This document shows positions 29,394-39,679 of a DNA stretch of 64,000 nucleotides, in pieces. Below the pieces are notes generated by a model, which saw only the letters and a list, made by a program, of their open reading frames with translations, was not told the DNA's origin and did no database searches. Each line of letters opens with the position of its first letter. The stretch's first letter is position 1. The position numbers and the translations under genes were made by a program. The DNA lies in assembly GCA_963777505.1 (NCBI GenBank), contig CAVZQN010000001.1, forward strand, positions 64,001-128,000. The letters are read 5' to 3'. The DNA is from an uncultured bacterium (GTDB taxonomy: Bacteria; Acidobacteriota; HRBIN11; JAKEFK01).

Positions 29394-31094
29394 TTAGACG
29401 ATTTCGGGTTCGCGGTATTCTCCAAATACATCTCGCATTGCATTGGAGATTTCGCCGAGGGTTGCGTAGGCTTTCACGGCTTCCAGAATCGGATAAATCA
29501 TATTTTCGGTTCCACGCGCTGCGATGCGCACAGCATCAAGTGCTTTGTTCACTTGATCATTGTTCCGTCTTTTGCGCAAGGATTGAAGCCGTTCGATCTG
29601 CTCGCGTTCGACGTTTTCATCGATGTATAAAGTTTCGGGAGGAGCCTTTTCTTCATCGACAGCAAATTCATTGACACCAACAATGATCTTTTCCTTTTTC
29701 TCACAAGCGCGAGAATAATCATAAGATGCATCTGAAATTTCTTTTTGTGGATAACCGCGTTCAATTGCATTCACCATCCCGCCCATCGCATCAAGCTTAT
29801 CAAAGTATGCGTAAGCGCCCTCTTCCATATCTTTCGTTAAGCGTTCAACAAAATAGGAACCGGCCAAGGGGTCTACTGTATTTGCGACACCACTTTCGTG
29901 AGCAATGATTTGCTGAGTACGGAGTGCGATCGTAACGGCTGCCTCTGTTGGAAGCGCGAGTGTTTCATCCAATGAGTTTGTATGCAGTGATTGAGTGCCG
30001 CCCATGACTGCTGCCAGGGCTTGAATCGCAACACGAACAACATTGTTATACGGTTGTTGTCCGGTCAGAGAACATCCTGCAGTTTGGGTATGGAAACGGA
30101 GGATTAAGGATCGCGGATTTTTTGCGTTAAAGCGTTCTTTCATAACGCGCGCCCAGATTTTTCGCGCAGCGCGATACTTGGCAACTTCTTCAAAAAAGTC
30201 ATTATGCGCATTAAAGAAAAACGATAATCTTGGCGCAAATTCATCAATATCAAGCCCGGCTTCGAGCGCCCATTGAACGTATTCGATGCCATCATACAAA
30301 GTAAAAGCAAGTTCCTGAACCGCAGTCGAACCCGCCTCACGAATGTGATATCCGCTGATGCTGATCGAATTCCACCGAGGCATTTCCTTTGCGCAATATT
30401 CAAATGAATTCACAATCAATCGCATCGATGGCCGGGGTGGATAAATGTACGTTTTTTGCGCGAGATACTCTTTTAGAATGTCATTTTGGATTGTGCCGGA
30501 CAATTGTGCGCCATCGATTCCTGACTTTTCTGCAGCCGCACGATACATGGAAAGCAATATATTTGCGGGAGCATTCGTAGTCATGCTTGTTGTAACTTTG
30601 TCTTGTTGGATTCCTTTGAAGAGTGTTTCCATATCTTCAAGAGAATCGATTGTTACACCGCACTTTCCCACTTCGCCGCGTGAAAGTAGATCGTCAGAAT
30701 CACGTCCCATCAATGTGGGCAGATGAAATGCAATACTCAGTGCATTGGTCCCTTCTGAAATGAGATATCGAAGTCTCTCGTTTGTTTGAGAGGCGGAACC
30801 AAATCCGGTAAATTGCCGCATACTCCAGAGTTTTGATCTATACAGGCTCGCATGAATGCCACGTGTATATGGATATTCGCCTGGCCATCCAATTTCTGTT
30901 TCGAAATCAATGTCTTGAATATCGTCAGGGGTGTAAAGACGTTTGATTGGAACGCCGGAAACAGTTGTGAATGGAACATTCCGTTCGGGAAGTTTTCGCA
31001 GGGTTGGTTCAAGCGTTTCCTTTTCCCAGCGCTTTTTTTGTTCCGACGTTTCGGTGCCGTTCATTACGGCGGTCCCGCCATTTTTCTTTTTCAT
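29394..31094 (-). CDS. B12-dependent acyl-CoA mutase large subunit, isobutyryl-CoA mutase-like
   Basis: [52 protein letters not shown]. Confidence 0.9.
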   Translation of the reverse strand: MKKKNGGTAVMNGTETSEQKKRWEKETLEPTLRKLPERNVPFTTVSGVPIKRLYTPDDIQDIDFETEIGWPGEYPYTRGIHASLYRSKLWSMRQFTGFGSASQTNERLRYLISEGTNALSIAFHLPTLMGRDSDDLLSRGEVGKCGVTIDSLEDMETLFKGIQQDKVTTSMTTNAPANILLSMYRAAAEKSGIDGAQLSGTIQNDILKEYLAQKTYIYPPRPSMRLIVNSFEYCAKEMPRWNSISISGYHIREAGSTAVQELAFTLYDGIEYVQWALEAGLDIDEFAPRLSFFFNAHNDFFEEVAKYRAARKIWARVMKERFNAKNPRSLILRFHTQTAGCSLTGQQPYNNVVRVAIQALAAVMGGTQSLHTNSLDETLALPTEAAVTIALRTQQIIAHESGVANTVDPLAGSYFVERLTKDMEEGAYAYFDKLDAMGGMVNAIERGYPQKEISDASYDYSRACEKKEKIIVGVNEFAVDEEKAPPETLYIDENVEREQIERLQSLRKRRNNDQVNKALDAVRIAARGTENMIYPILEAVKAYATLGEISNAMRDVFGEYREPEIV

Positions 31095-31105
31095 ATTATT
31101 ACCCC

Positions 31106-32245
31106 TTACTTCAATAAACTGCGCGCAATCACCATCCGCTGAATTTCGGATGTACCCTCATATAAAGTTGTAACACGCGCTTCACGATAATACCGTTCGA
31201 CAGGATACTCACGCGAGTAACCATAACCGCCATGAATTTGAATAGCTTTGTACGTAACGCGGTTCGCCATTTCTGATGCATATACTTTAGCCATCGATGC
31301 CGCTTTCGTGAATGGTTTTCCTTGATCACGCAAGAAAGCCGCATGATGTGTTAACAATCTGGCTGCTTCGATTTCAGTTGCCATGTCGGCAAGCATGAAT
31401 TGAATCGCCTGAAACTCAGCGAGCTTTGAATTAAAGGCTGTCCGCTCTTTCGAATACTTCAGCGATTCTTCGTATGCGCCTTGAGCAATACCCGTTGCCT
31501 GCGATGCAACTCCGATCCGTCCGCCATCAAGCGATGTCATCGCAACCTTGAATCCAATTCCCTCTTCACCAAGCCGGTTAATCACTGGTACTTCTACATC
31601 TTCAAAAATGACCTGATTTGTAACGGATCCATTCAAACCCATCTTTGGCTCATTTCTGCCGATCCGCACTCCGGGTAATTTTGTTTCAACGATAAATGTT
31701 GTAATCCCCCTCGAACCTGCACCAGGATCGGTCATGGCTTGAACGATAAGAATCTGCGCTTCCTGACCGTTGGTAACCCAATTCTTGGTGCCATTAATAA
31801 TATAATAATCGCCTTTTCGAACAGCTGTTGTCTGTTGTGCTGTTGCATCGGAGCCCGCATTCGGCTCAGTTAATGCAAAGCCTCCCAGGATTTCGCCTTT
31901 AGCGCAGGGTACAAGATACTTTCGCTTTTGATCCTCATTGCCGAAAGTGTAAATGGGAAAGCAGCAGACTGAACAATTTACGCTCATCGTAATCGCAAGA
32001 CTTGCCGAGACCCGCGATAATTCCTCAACCGAAAGCGAATACGCAATATTATCGGCTCCAGCCCCGCCATATTCTTCCGGAATGATCAGCCCCATCAATC
32101 CAAGATCCGCCATTTTCTTGACAAGATCACGAGGGTATTTTCCTTCGTATTCAATGGATTGAATCCGTGGACGAACTTCGTTCTCAACAAAATCGCGAAC
32201 CATGTCGCGAATCATCCGCTGCTCTTCGGTATACTCAAAATTCAT
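31106..32245 (-). CDS. Short/branched-chain acyl-CoA dehydrogenase
   Basis: [43 protein letters not shown]. Confidence 0.93.
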   Translation of the reverse strand: MNFEYTEEQRMIRDMVRDFVENEVRPRIQSIEYEGKYPRDLVKKMADLGLMGLIIPEEYGGAGADNIAYSLSVEELSRVSASLAITMSVNCSVCCFPIYTFGNEDQKRKYLVPCAKGEILGGFALTEPNAGSDATAQQTTAVRKGDYYIINGTKNWVTNGQEAQILIVQAMTDPGAGSRGITTFIVETKLPGVRIGRNEPKMGLNGSVTNQVIFEDVEVPVINRLGEEGIGFKVAMTSLDGGRIGVASQATGIAQGAYEESLKYSKERTAFNSKLAEFQAIQFMLADMATEIEAARLLTHHAAFLRDQGKPFTKAASMAKVYASEMANRVTYKAIQIHGGYGYSREYPVERYYREARVTTLYEGTSEIQRMVIARSLLK

Positions 32246-32326
32246 GATTGGATTCGTAAATGTGGAAGGTTCCTGTAAATTATTAAGTATAAACTAGATG
32301 TGCCTACTGGAGCAATAATGAGCTCA

Positions 32327-32672
32327 ACCGCCAAGACGCCAAGTCGCCAAGACTTTTCCATGTTGATCTTAGAAAATTAACCACTGAGTCACGAAGGTTG
32401 GATCGTTGCCGATTTCGTTCGCGCAGCGAACGAGGCTGAGAATAGAGCTCAAAACAAATCTGACCTGGATTCTAAAGCGTCAGTCCTCTTAATAAAAGAA
32501 AATTTGTTTTGAGCTCTATTCTCAGCCTTTCAAAAAAATCGGCAACAATCCAATCACACGGAGTTAGCTCCGTGCTCTCCGTGACTCTGTGGTTGCTTTT
32601 GGTTGTACCCATAAGCTACACGGGTTCTCTTTGAGACAAATAGTACTTGGCGTTCTTGGCGTCTTTGCGGTT
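32327..32672. repeat. Nested inverted-repeat element between the two acyl-CoA dehydrogenase genes
   Basis: Outer family-B pair (32327-32352/32646-32672), inner family-B pair (32379-32396/32568-32594), central 27-bp perfect IR (32433-32459/32502-32528) with 18-bp outer arms. Confidence 0.85.
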
Positions 32673-32675
32673 GAT

Positions 32676-33818
32676 CTACATCCGGAGTAGGGATTCGGCG
32701 ATGACCAGACGCTGGATTTCGGAAGTACCCTCGTAAATTTCGGTGATTTTGGCGTCACGCATTGCGCGTTCCACAGGAAATTCCTTGCTATAGCCGTAAC
32801 CGCCATGAATTTGGACCGCCTTTACTGTATGTTTCATTGCCGTTTCTGCTGCAAATAATTTCGCCATCGATGCTTCTTTGCTGAAGCGTTTCCCTGAATC
32901 TTTTGCCCGGGCTGCACGGTAGGTAAGAAGACGAGCAGCATCAATTTCAGTTGCCATATCAGCAAGCATGAATTGAATCGCTTGAAACTCGGAGATCTGT
33001 CCACCGAAAGCGGTACGTTGTTTTGAATATTGCAGGGCTGCTTCGTAAGCGCCTTGTGCAATTCCAACTGCTTGCGCAGCGATTCCGATGCGTCCGCCAT
33101 CCAAAGTTGACAGTGCAACCTTGAATCCTCCGCCTTCTTCACCAAGCCTATTTGCGACAGGCACGCGGCAGTTTTCAAAATGTAAAGCTGATGAAAGTGC
33201 TCCGCGAATTCCCATTTTGTCTTCATGTTTGCCAACAGAAAAACCAGGAGTGCCTTTTTGAATCATTAAAGCAGTAAGGCCATGACGGCCCTTTTCGCGA
33301 TCCGTTACTACGAATACAAGTGACCATTCCGCTTTTGGCGCATTCGTGATCCAAACCTTCTGGCCGTCAATAACGTAATCTTCGCCATCACGTACTGCCA
33401 TCGTCCGAAGATTTGATGCATCGCTGCCAGCCTGAGGCTCTGTTAAAGCAAAACAGCCGAGAGCTTTTCCAGACGCCAACGGTGTCAGGATGCGTTGTTT
33501 TTGTTCGTCGTTAGCAAATTTTACAAGTGGATCACAAACGAGGCTGTTATTAACGGATAGTATTACACCTGTAGCAGCACAGCACCTGGAAATTTCTTCG
33601 ATCGTGATCGCGGTGGCAAGGCTGGGAAGTCCCGATCCACCGTATTGTTCGGGTACACAGATGCCTGTAAGTCCCAGACCGGCGGCTTTCTGCACAATTT
33701 CATCGGGGAACACTGCGTCACGATCGGTAACGGCTGCAATAGGACGAACTTCCTGTTCGGCAAATTCGCGGACCATCTGCCGCAACATCTCAAGTTCTTC
33801 CGGAAGATCGAAATTCAT
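32676..33818 (-). CDS. Short/branched-chain acyl-CoA dehydrogenase (paralog)
   Basis: [38 protein letters not shown]. Confidence 0.93.
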   Translation of the reverse strand: MNFDLPEELEMLRQMVREFAEQEVRPIAAVTDRDAVFPDEIVQKAAGLGLTGICVPEQYGGSGLPSLATAITIEEISRCCAATGVILSVNNSLVCDPLVKFANDEQKQRILTPLASGKALGCFALTEPQAGSDASNLRTMAVRDGEDYVIDGQKVWITNAPKAEWSLVFVVTDREKGRHGLTALMIQKGTPGFSVGKHEDKMGIRGALSSALHFENCRVPVANRLGEEGGGFKVALSTLDGGRIGIAAQAVGIAQGAYEAALQYSKQRTAFGGQISEFQAIQFMLADMATEIDAARLLTYRAARAKDSGKRFSKEASMAKLFAAETAMKHTVKAVQIHGGYGYSKEFPVERAMRDAKITEIYEGTSEIQRLVIAESLLRM

Positions 33819-33852
33819 AACAGATTCGAACCGCAGAGACGCAAAGTTATTT

Positions 33853-34335
33853 TCATTGCGAAAAGTATGGTTTCAGTTTTTGCAAGGTGGATGCAAAATC
33901 TTCGGGAATCACACGCGTTTCGGCAAGTGCAGTCATGAAATTCGTATCTCCGCTCCAACGTGGGACTACGTGCATATGATAATGACTTTCTATACCGGCG
34001 CCCGCAGATCTACCGATGTTCATTCCAATATTAAAACCATCAGGATGATAAACCTCTTGCAATGCATGAAGAGCTTTTTGGGAAAGGAGCATCATTTCTG
34101 AAGCGACTTCAGGCTGCGCTTCGGCCGGATTCGCAAGATGATAATACGGCGCAATCATGAGATGTCCGTTATTGTAGGGATAACGATTTAAGATGATGAA
34201 ATTATGGATGGCGCGATAGAGAATCAACGATTCATTAGGATCTTGAATATCCAATGCATCACAGAAAATGCACCCACTTTCTTTTGCGGCATTGACCACG
34301 TAACGAAATCTCCAGGGGGACCAAACGTGATGCAT
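33853..34335 (-). CDS. HIT family protein (Ap4A hydrolase/phosphorylase-like)
   Basis: WSPWR, CIFC, LNRYPYNNGHLM, HYHMHVVPRW. Confidence 0.92.
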   Translation of the reverse strand: MHHVWSPWRFRYVVNAAKESGCIFCDALDIQDPNESLILYRAIHNFIILNRYPYNNGHLMIAPYYHLANPAEAQPEVASEMMLLSQKALHALQEVYHPDGFNIGMNIGRSAGAGIESHYHMHVVPRWSGDTNFMTALAETRVIPEDFASTLQKLKPYFSQ

Positions 34336-34340
34336 AGAAA

Positions 34341-34449
34341 CTCAGATCCAGGATGCAAGATACATGATACAAGGGACGTTCCAGCGAACTCTCAACTGAA
34401 AAACCCTACGAGCGCGCCATGCATCTTGGATCTTGTATCTTGGATCGAG
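34341..34449. repeat. Inverted pair of 7-bp arrays ((GATACAA)n ... (TCTTGGA)n)
   Basis: GATCCAGGATGCAAGATACATGATACAAG ... CATCTTGGATCTTGTATCTTGGATC. Confidence 0.75.
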
Positions 34450-34451
34450 CT

Positions 34452-34736
34452 TTAGACATTTGCTTTGTTGATGAGTTTTTTCAGATCCTTCCCCGGCTTG
34501 AAGTAAGGTACCTTCTTAGCAGGGACTTGCACCGCTTCACTGGTTCGCGGATTGCGGCCGACACGGCTATTTCGACGGCGAAGCTTAAATGAACCAAAGC
34601 CACGAAGTTCAATTTTCTCGCCGTCTTTCAATGCGTCGACAATACCATCCAAAAAAACATTAACGATATTTTCCGCATCCTTTTTAGAAAGTTCAGCGGC
34701 CCTGGACACTTCTGAAATCAAATCCGCTTTCGTCAT
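34452..34736 (-). CDS. ihfB: Integration host factor beta / HU family DNA-binding protein
   Basis: MTKADLI, IELRGFGSF, GRNPRT, PYFKPGK; immediately downstream of rpsA. Confidence 0.88.
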   Translation of the reverse strand: MTKADLISEVSRAAELSKKDAENIVNVFLDGIVDALKDGEKIELRGFGSFKLRRRNSRVGRNPRTSEAVQVPAKKVPYFKPGKDLKKLINKANV

Positions 34737-34797
34737 CAACTTCAAACCTTCCACAGCTTCCCTCACTTTCAATCACAGAAACGGAACTTTCGTTAAA

Positions 34798-36558
34798 CTA
34801 ATCCTTATCCATCGGCTTAATTAATTCACCACCCGCAAGATCCAGAAGAGTGACTGTATCGCTCGATTTATAACTTTCCAAAAGCTGACGCTCTTCCTCA
34901 ATCTGCAGTTCTTTGATGCTTAAACCGATTTTTTTATCAGCTTGATCCATCTTTATGATCTTTGCTTTTACAACATCACCGAGCTTGAAATGATCTTGAG
35001 GATTTTCAACTCGTTCCATTCCCATTTCAGAAACGTGAATCAAACCTTCAATTCCTTCTTCGAGCTCAACGAATGCTCCGTAATTGGTCAAATTAACAAT
35101 TTTGCCTTCAGCATTATCACCGATTCTGTATTTGCGGAAAAACTCCGACCAGATGTCGGGCTGTATCTGCTTTAAACCCAGGGATAGACGCTGTTTGATT
35201 GGATCAATTTCCAGAACTTTTACTTCAATGCGTTCCCCTTTCTTCACATATTCAGCAGGATCTTTTGGGCGCTTACTCCAGCTTAAATCACTGACATGAA
35301 TGAGTCCGTGGATCGCTTCTTCAACTTCCACAAATACTCCAAAGTCTGTGAAATTTTTCACTTTGCCCGTTATCACAGTTCCCACAGGATATTTATCTTT
35401 CAAAACCATCCAGGGATTCGGTTCTGTTTGTTTTAACCCGAGTGAAATCCGCTTATTGGATTTATCGATACTCAAAACGACTGCATCAACCCAGTCATTG
35501 ATTGCAACAATTTTGGAAGGATGTTTTACTTTTTCACTCCAGGACATTTCAGATATATGAATCAGACCTTCAACGCCTTTTTCCAATTCAACGAATGCAC
35601 CATAATCTGCAAGGTTAATGACACGGCCTTTTACTCTTTGGCCAATTGGATACTTGTCTTCAACCGTTGACCATGGATCCGGCTGACATTGTTTGAATCC
35701 AAGTGAAACTTTGTTGTTGGCGGGATCATAATTCAGAATGATCACATCAATTTGATCACCAACATTAAATAATTCAGATGGATGGCTGATACGTCCCCAG
35801 GACATATCCGTAATGTGAATAAGTCCGTCAATGCCACCGAGATCAACAAACGCGCCGTAATCGGTAATATTTTTTACACTTCCTTTTACGGTTGCACCAT
35901 TTTGAAGCGCATCGCTCACTTCTCTTCGCCGGCTTTCAAGTTCTTCTTCAACAACAATCTTTCGCGATAAAACGATATTTCCTTTCTTCTGATCAAGTTT
36001 GAGAATGCGAACGCGGATGGATTGATTGACGAAATGATCCAGATTGCGGATCGGTTTTATGTCTACTTGCGATCCAGGCAGAAATGCCCGGACACCAATG
36101 TCAACTGACAAACCACCTTTTACTTTTTCAACTACGCGGCCTGGTAGGACTTGATTTTCTTTAAACGCTCTTTCAATTTGGTCCCACACACGAATCCGCT
36201 CTGCTTTTTCTCTGGAAAGTTTTAGATATCCATCAAAGCTGTCCTGATCTTCAAGCAGAACAGCAATTTCGTCTCCAGCTTTAACATGAATTTTTCCGTC
36301 CGATCCAACGAATTCATGAATCGGTATGATTCCTTCTGACTTATGGCCTATATCGACAATAACTTCTCCCGAAGTGACTTTAATCACTCGTCCGTTGATG
36401 ATGTCTCCTTCGGCAAGATTTTTGAACTTATCGTCATACTCCTGTAAAAGACGATCGTATATATCCGGAGCTAACTCCGTATCTGAAGTGCGTGGCGGAT
36501 CGTTCCGTTTTTCACCTCCCGTGATGGACGGATCCTGCCTTTTTGTTGTTTCAAGCAT
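34798..36558 (-). CDS. rpsA: 30S ribosomal protein S1
   Basis: Six S1 repeats (YGAFVxLxxGxxGLIHxS), AFLPGSQVD, GGAGG RBS. Confidence 0.97.
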   Translation of the reverse strand: MLETTKRQDPSITGGEKRNDPPRTSDTELAPDIYDRLLQEYDDKFKNLAEGDIINGRVIKVTSGEVIVDIGHKSEGIIPIHEFVGSDGKIHVKAGDEIAVLLEDQDSFDGYLKLSREKAERIRVWDQIERAFKENQVLPGRVVEKVKGGLSVDIGVRAFLPGSQVDIKPIRNLDHFVNQSIRVRILKLDQKKGNIVLSRKIVVEEELESRRREVSDALQNGATVKGSVKNITDYGAFVDLGGIDGLIHITDMSWGRISHPSELFNVGDQIDVIILNYDPANNKVSLGFKQCQPDPWSTVEDKYPIGQRVKGRVINLADYGAFVELEKGVEGLIHISEMSWSEKVKHPSKIVAINDWVDAVVLSIDKSNKRISLGLKQTEPNPWMVLKDKYPVGTVITGKVKNFTDFGVFVEVEEAIHGLIHVSDLSWSKRPKDPAEYVKKGERIEVKVLEIDPIKQRLSLGLKQIQPDIWSEFFRKYRIGDNAEGKIVNLTNYGAFVELEEGIEGLIHVSEMGMERVENPQDHFKLGDVVKAKIIKMDQADKKIGLSIKELQIEEERQLLESYKSSDTVTLLDLAGGELIKPMDKD

Positions 36559-36763
36559 GTTGTTGTGGTTCCTCCTTTGTTATAACAAAACCAAAACTCT
36601 TAGCAAGATTCTCAGTAGAGACAATGAGGACCGCGCTCAAAGTTTTGTGAATTGGTGAAACTTTAGATTGAACTTCTCTACTCCTGCGCCCTTAGCGGCA
36701 TCAACTCAAGGATGCGTATCAGGCCGATTTTGCGCGGCCTTAACCGCCTTTTGAGGAAACGCC

Positions 36764-36793
36764 ATTATATAGATTTCAAAGCCTGAGTGTCAA
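36764..36793 (-). promoter_or_regulatory. Sigma70 promoter of rpsA
   Basis: TTGACA-N18-TATAAT on the minus strand, about 200 nt before the rpsA ATG. Confidence 0.8.
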
Positions 36794-36918
36794 GCGGAAG
36801 ATGCTGCATTTTCAATAGATAACGCTTCATAGCGGTATCACAATCTTCATTTTTTTGGATGCAGATTTTGGTTTATGAATGAGTCCTTCCGTTCTTTCGC
36901 TAAGCTATACTACACCCC

Positions 36919-38643
36919 ATGTGTTTTCACCAGCTAAGCCGAATTTTATTGCTATTCCTGTTGCTGGCATTTTGCTCAACCTGTTCGAAAGAGCCAACGG
37001 AAATCGCGAAAAAACCCGCAATTCCTCGCAATATTTACATGATTACAGCGACGGGACTCAGAGCTGATCATTTGAGCAGCTACCTGTATCAGCCGATCCA
37101 AACACCTGGCCTGGATTACCTGGCATATGATGGAATCCGTTTTACAAAAGCATTCTCAACATCTACCGATTCTCTTCCTGCACATCAATCAATGCTCACC
37201 GGTTTATATCCGACACGAAAGCCTCTGCTGCAAATGTTCGAATATTTCCAAACATTTACGAGTGAATCCTTGCCAGAAATAAAGACAGCCATTCCGTTGA
37301 TGCTTCGAAATAAAGGCTATCGAACTGCAGCGTTTGCCGCAGACCCTGAACTCCGTTCCTTTGTTTTACGTTCCGGATGGTTTGATAAGGCTTATGCAGG
37401 AGATTCCATTCTTCCACCATGGCAACCTTCATCGGACAATAAAACCATCCAAAGCTTGACGATCGATTGGATTTCTAGAATGCGGCGTCAGCCTCACTTT
37501 GTTTTGGTAAATTTCTCTGAGCCAATGCCACCCTATTCGCCGCCGGAACCCTATAGCCATCACTATGAAAATCATCCATATGATGGGGAAGTTGCGGCAA
37601 TCGACCAGCAAGTTGGGAATTTTATTCATTGGTTGAAGCAAGCAAAACTTTTTGATCATTCGATCGTAATTTTTGCAGCTCCTTACGGTGAAAATGCCGA
37701 AAGTCTTGGCCGAGCGGGGTCCGCTGAAGACGAAAATTTTGAGATTCCTTTGATGATTGCAGCCCCCGGACTTTTACCGAGGCAGCAAATGTATGAAACC
37801 GTAGTCAGTCTTGTGGATGTGTATCCAACACTTTTGGCAATGCTCGATTTACCGGCGCCATCTGAAATCGATGGAAAGAAACTCTTCGAAAAGAACAATG
37901 ACAAGCAAATCACACACGAATCCCTTTACGGCAGCACACTGTTTCCTATGCATTTTGGTAAACCTTCAGTGACTTCAAAAGTGATCGATTCCTCAAACCA
38001 TCAAAATCCGGTTGATAAGGACCTAATCAGACTTGAGGAAGCGATCGTTCTTTCAAGATCCTCCCGTTTTGCGGATGCTTTAAGCTTGCTTGAGGATCCT
38101 GGATTGCCCGAAACACCATCAATTCTCAGTTTCCGATCTGCGTTGCTCGTTTCATCCGGACGTTTAGACGATGCTGAAAAAGAATTACGGCCGGTGCATC
38201 ACCCCGAGTTGCTGATACAGATGGCCGATCTTCAAGTCAAACAGGGCAAAATCAAACAGGCCTACGAAACAATCTGCAAATATAAGGGAATGATGTCGTA
38301 TGATGTGTATAGTATTATGTCTATAATATTTAGAGCTGCAGGCAATTTCGAGGCAGCGCAGAAAAACGCAGAGCTTGCATTGAAGTTAAACTCTCGATCG
38401 GTGGCGGCCTTTCACCAGCAAGCTTTGATTTCGTTTGCGCGCCAGGATTTTATCAGTGCCGAAGGATTGTTGCGGAAGGTTTTGCAGCTGGAGCCAAACA
38501 ATTTGGAAGTCAGTTTGGAACTTGCAGAAACGCTGATGAAATTAGGGGAAAAAGATGAAGCAAAACGCTTAGGCGCAGCTCTGTTGATCCAATCGGAAAC
38601 TCCAGAAATTCGCGAAAGGGCGAAAATACTTCTCGCGGAATAA
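36919..38643 (+). CDS. Exported sulfatase-like protein with C-terminal TPRs; active site degenerate
   Basis: LRADHLSSY, TPGLDYLA, LPAHQSMLTGLYP, YDGEVAAIDQQVG, VSLVDVYPTLL; TPR helices at the C-terminus. Confidence 0.8.
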   Translation: MCFHQLSRILLLFLLLAFCSTCSKEPTEIAKKPAIPRNIYMITATGLRADHLSSYLYQPIQTPGLDYLAYDGIRFTKAFSTSTDSLPAHQSMLTGLYPTRKPLLQMFEYFQTFTSESLPEIKTAIPLMLRNKGYRTAAFAADPELRSFVLRSGWFDKAYAGDSILPPWQPSSDNKTIQSLTIDWISRMRRQPHFVLVNFSEPMPPYSPPEPYSHHYENHPYDGEVAAIDQQVGNFIHWLKQAKLFDHSIVIFAAPYGENAESLGRAGSAEDENFEIPLMIAAPGLLPRQQMYETVVSLVDVYPTLLAMLDLPAPSEIDGKKLFEKNNDKQITHESLYGSTLFPMHFGKPSVTSKVIDSSNHQNPVDKDLIRLEEAIVLSRSSRFADALSLLEDPGLPETPSILSFRSALLVSSGRLDDAEKELRPVHHPELLIQMADLQVKQGKIKQAYETICKYKGMMSYDVYSIMSIIFRAAGNFEAAQKNAELALKLNSRSVAAFHQQALISFARQDFISAEGLLRKVLQLEPNNLEVSLELAETLMKLGEKDEAKRLGAALLIQSETPEIRERAKILLAE

Positions 38644-38650
38644 ATTGCGG

Positions 38651-38968
38651 CTAACGCGCAGTTTCGTGAATCAAACGCGCAAGAGTATCCCGCTGCTCAC
38701 CAGTTAATTCCCAATGAACAGCCAAACCATACTTGTCGATACCCCGCTCATCAAGCCGAACAACTACTCCCCTTCCGGTTACTTCATCATCTGTCGGTAA
38801 TATCAAATGAACCGTGACTTCTGTACCGATTGAAAGATGTTTTGCAGTTTCAATCAAGATACCAGTTTCACTGAGATTTACCGAAGTGCCCGTAAATACA
38901 TCCCCATTTTTGCGCCCCTCCATCTGAACACGGATCGGTGAACGAGGCGCCCGTCTACGGTCTTTCAT
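38651..38968 (-). CDS. Single-domain PilZ protein
   Basis: RRAPR (RxxxR) and NLSETG (D/NxSxxG) c-di-GMP motifs. Confidence 0.88.
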   Translation of the reverse strand: MKDRRRAPRSPIRVQMEGRKNGDVFTGTSVNLSETGILIETAKHLSIGTEVTVHLILPTDDEVTGRGVVVRLDERGIDKYGLAVHWELTGEQRDTLARLIHETAR

Positions 38969-38986
38969 ATCCCAAGTATACACCGG

Positions 38987-39070
38987 TCTCCCTTTCTCCC
39001 TGTCACCCTTTCACCCCTTCATTAAGCGAAAGGGAGAAGGGGGGACAAGGAGAAAGGGAGAATGGGAAAC
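38987..39070. repeat. Inverted pair of 8-bp arrays
   Basis: CCCTTTCT CCCTGTCA CCCTTTCA ... GGGAGAAG GGGGACAA GGAGAAAG GGAGAATG. Confidence 0.75.
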
Positions 39071-39077
39071 ACCCGAA

Positions 39078-39593
39078 TTATGTCTTCAATACATCCAGTA
39101 TTTCTTCTTTTGCGTGCGAAATGATTTTGCGGATCCTTTTCATTTTTTCATCGGTCAGGCCATGAGCATGCATTTTCATCCGGACAAACTTTTTCAGATC
39201 AGCAAGATCTTCAAATAAGTCATTTAAGTCATCCATCCGAAAATTCTTCCAACGTTCCGAACGATCACGAAAACTCCCAACCCTTTCTTTCTGCTTCTTT
39301 ACTTCTTGACGACCTTCCTCTGTAATTTCATAGGTCCTTTTTCCATCTTGCTCTTTCGATTTTACGAATCCTTGATCCTCTAACATTTGCAACGTGGGAT
39401 AAACGGATCCAGGTGAAGGAGAATAAAAGCCGCAAAAGCGGGCTTCCAATTGCTTAATAATTTCATAACCATGTCTTGGCTTTTCTGAAAGCAAATCCAG
39501 AATTAGATATTTCATGTCTCCACGCTCAAACCATTGACCCTTGAAAAAAGGTCCAAATCCCCCACCGTAGAAACTACCAAAACGTACCATCAC
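39078..39593 (-). CDS. PadR family transcriptional regulator
   Basis: RGDMKYLILDLL, PRHGYEIIK, PSPGSVYPTLQMLED, YEITEEG. Confidence 0.93.
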   Translation of the reverse strand: MMVRFGSFYGGGFGPFFKGQWFERGDMKYLILDLLSEKPRHGYEIIKQLEARFCGFYSPSPGSVYPTLQMLEDQGFVKSKEQDGKRTYEITEEGRQEVKKQKERVGSFRDRSERWKNFRMDDLNDLFEDLADLKKFVRMKMHAHGLTDEKMKRIRKIISHAKEEILDVLKT

Positions 39594-39607
39594 AACACCT
39601 CCTGAAG

Positions 39608-39627
39608 TATCACGATATATCGTAATA
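39608..39627. promoter_or_regulatory. Putative PadR autoregulatory operator
   Basis: Perfect palindrome ACGATATATCGT with TAT/ATA flanks directly upstream of the PadR RBS. Confidence 0.6.
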
Positions 39628-39679
39628 GATCTTGGCGTTTGGATGCAAGCTTGACCAGAGTTGTGGTTTGATAGGTGAA

